Origin: Pseudobdellovibrionaceae bacterium
GTDB lineage: Bacteria; Bdellovibrionota; Bdellovibrionia; Bdellovibrionales; Bdellovibrionaceae
Direction: 5' to 3'
Length of the DNA stretch: 64,000 nt
Assembly: GCA_039810425.1 (NCBI GenBank)
Contig: JBDHWW010000003.1
Location: 32,001-96,000 of the forward strand
The position numbers and the translations under genes were made by a program. Positions 63,969-64,000 of the stretch are shown one piece after another; position 1 is the stretch's first letter; the number at the start of each line of letters is the position of its first letter. Below the pieces are notes generated by a model. That model made no database searches. It saw nothing but the letters and a program-made list of their open reading frames with translations, and was not told where the DNA came from.

Positions 63969-64000
63969 ATGATGAAATTCCTAACTCTACTAAAGGAAAA
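63969..64000 (+). CDS. Start of a truncated ORF (MMKFLTLLKE...), candidate precursor peptide
   Basis: GGAG RBS at 63960-63963, then ATG ATG AAA TTC CTA ACT CTA CTA AAG GAA; cut by the window end. Confidence 0.4.
   Translation, partial: MMKFLTLLKE

Overview
The 64 kb window is bacterial chromosome. Gene order and protein style suggest a Bdellovibrio-like predator (Bdellovibrionota); this is an inference, not a database result. Core content: folD, aspS, an RpoH-type sigma factor, a complete fliL-fliM-fliN-fliO-fliP-fliQ-fliR-flhB-flhA-flhF-flhG-fliA operon, suhB, uvrD/pcrA, a KamA/EpmB-type radical SAM enzyme, a beta-carbonic anhydrase, an orphan GroES with a histone-H1-like tail, PBP1B and a split Tad/Flp pilus locus. 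I found no rRNA, tRNA, CRISPR array or transposase. The best candidate for an undescribed system is a 5.7 kb block between fliL and suhB (35026-40708). It holds two tandem, signal-peptide-bearing paralogs with six shared cysteines and diphtheria-toxin/exotoxin-A/PARP-type ADP-ribosyltransferase motifs (His strand, Y-X10-Y/F), behind a near-consensus sigma54 promoter. The block also has a membrane protein, a divergent exported nucleoside-phosphorylase-like protein and a 7x20-aa Cys-repeat protein. Second, a CteB/QhpD-like radical SAM/SPASM maturase gene with a sigma54 site is followed by a truncated ORF that may be its RiPP precursor. Other observations: six sigma54 and two sigma28 promoter motifs, a secreted Gly/Met/Gln prion-like repeat protein, a FlgM-like gene, a beta-solenoid lipoprotein gene broken by one in-frame TAG, and several enzymes with substituted catalytic residues.
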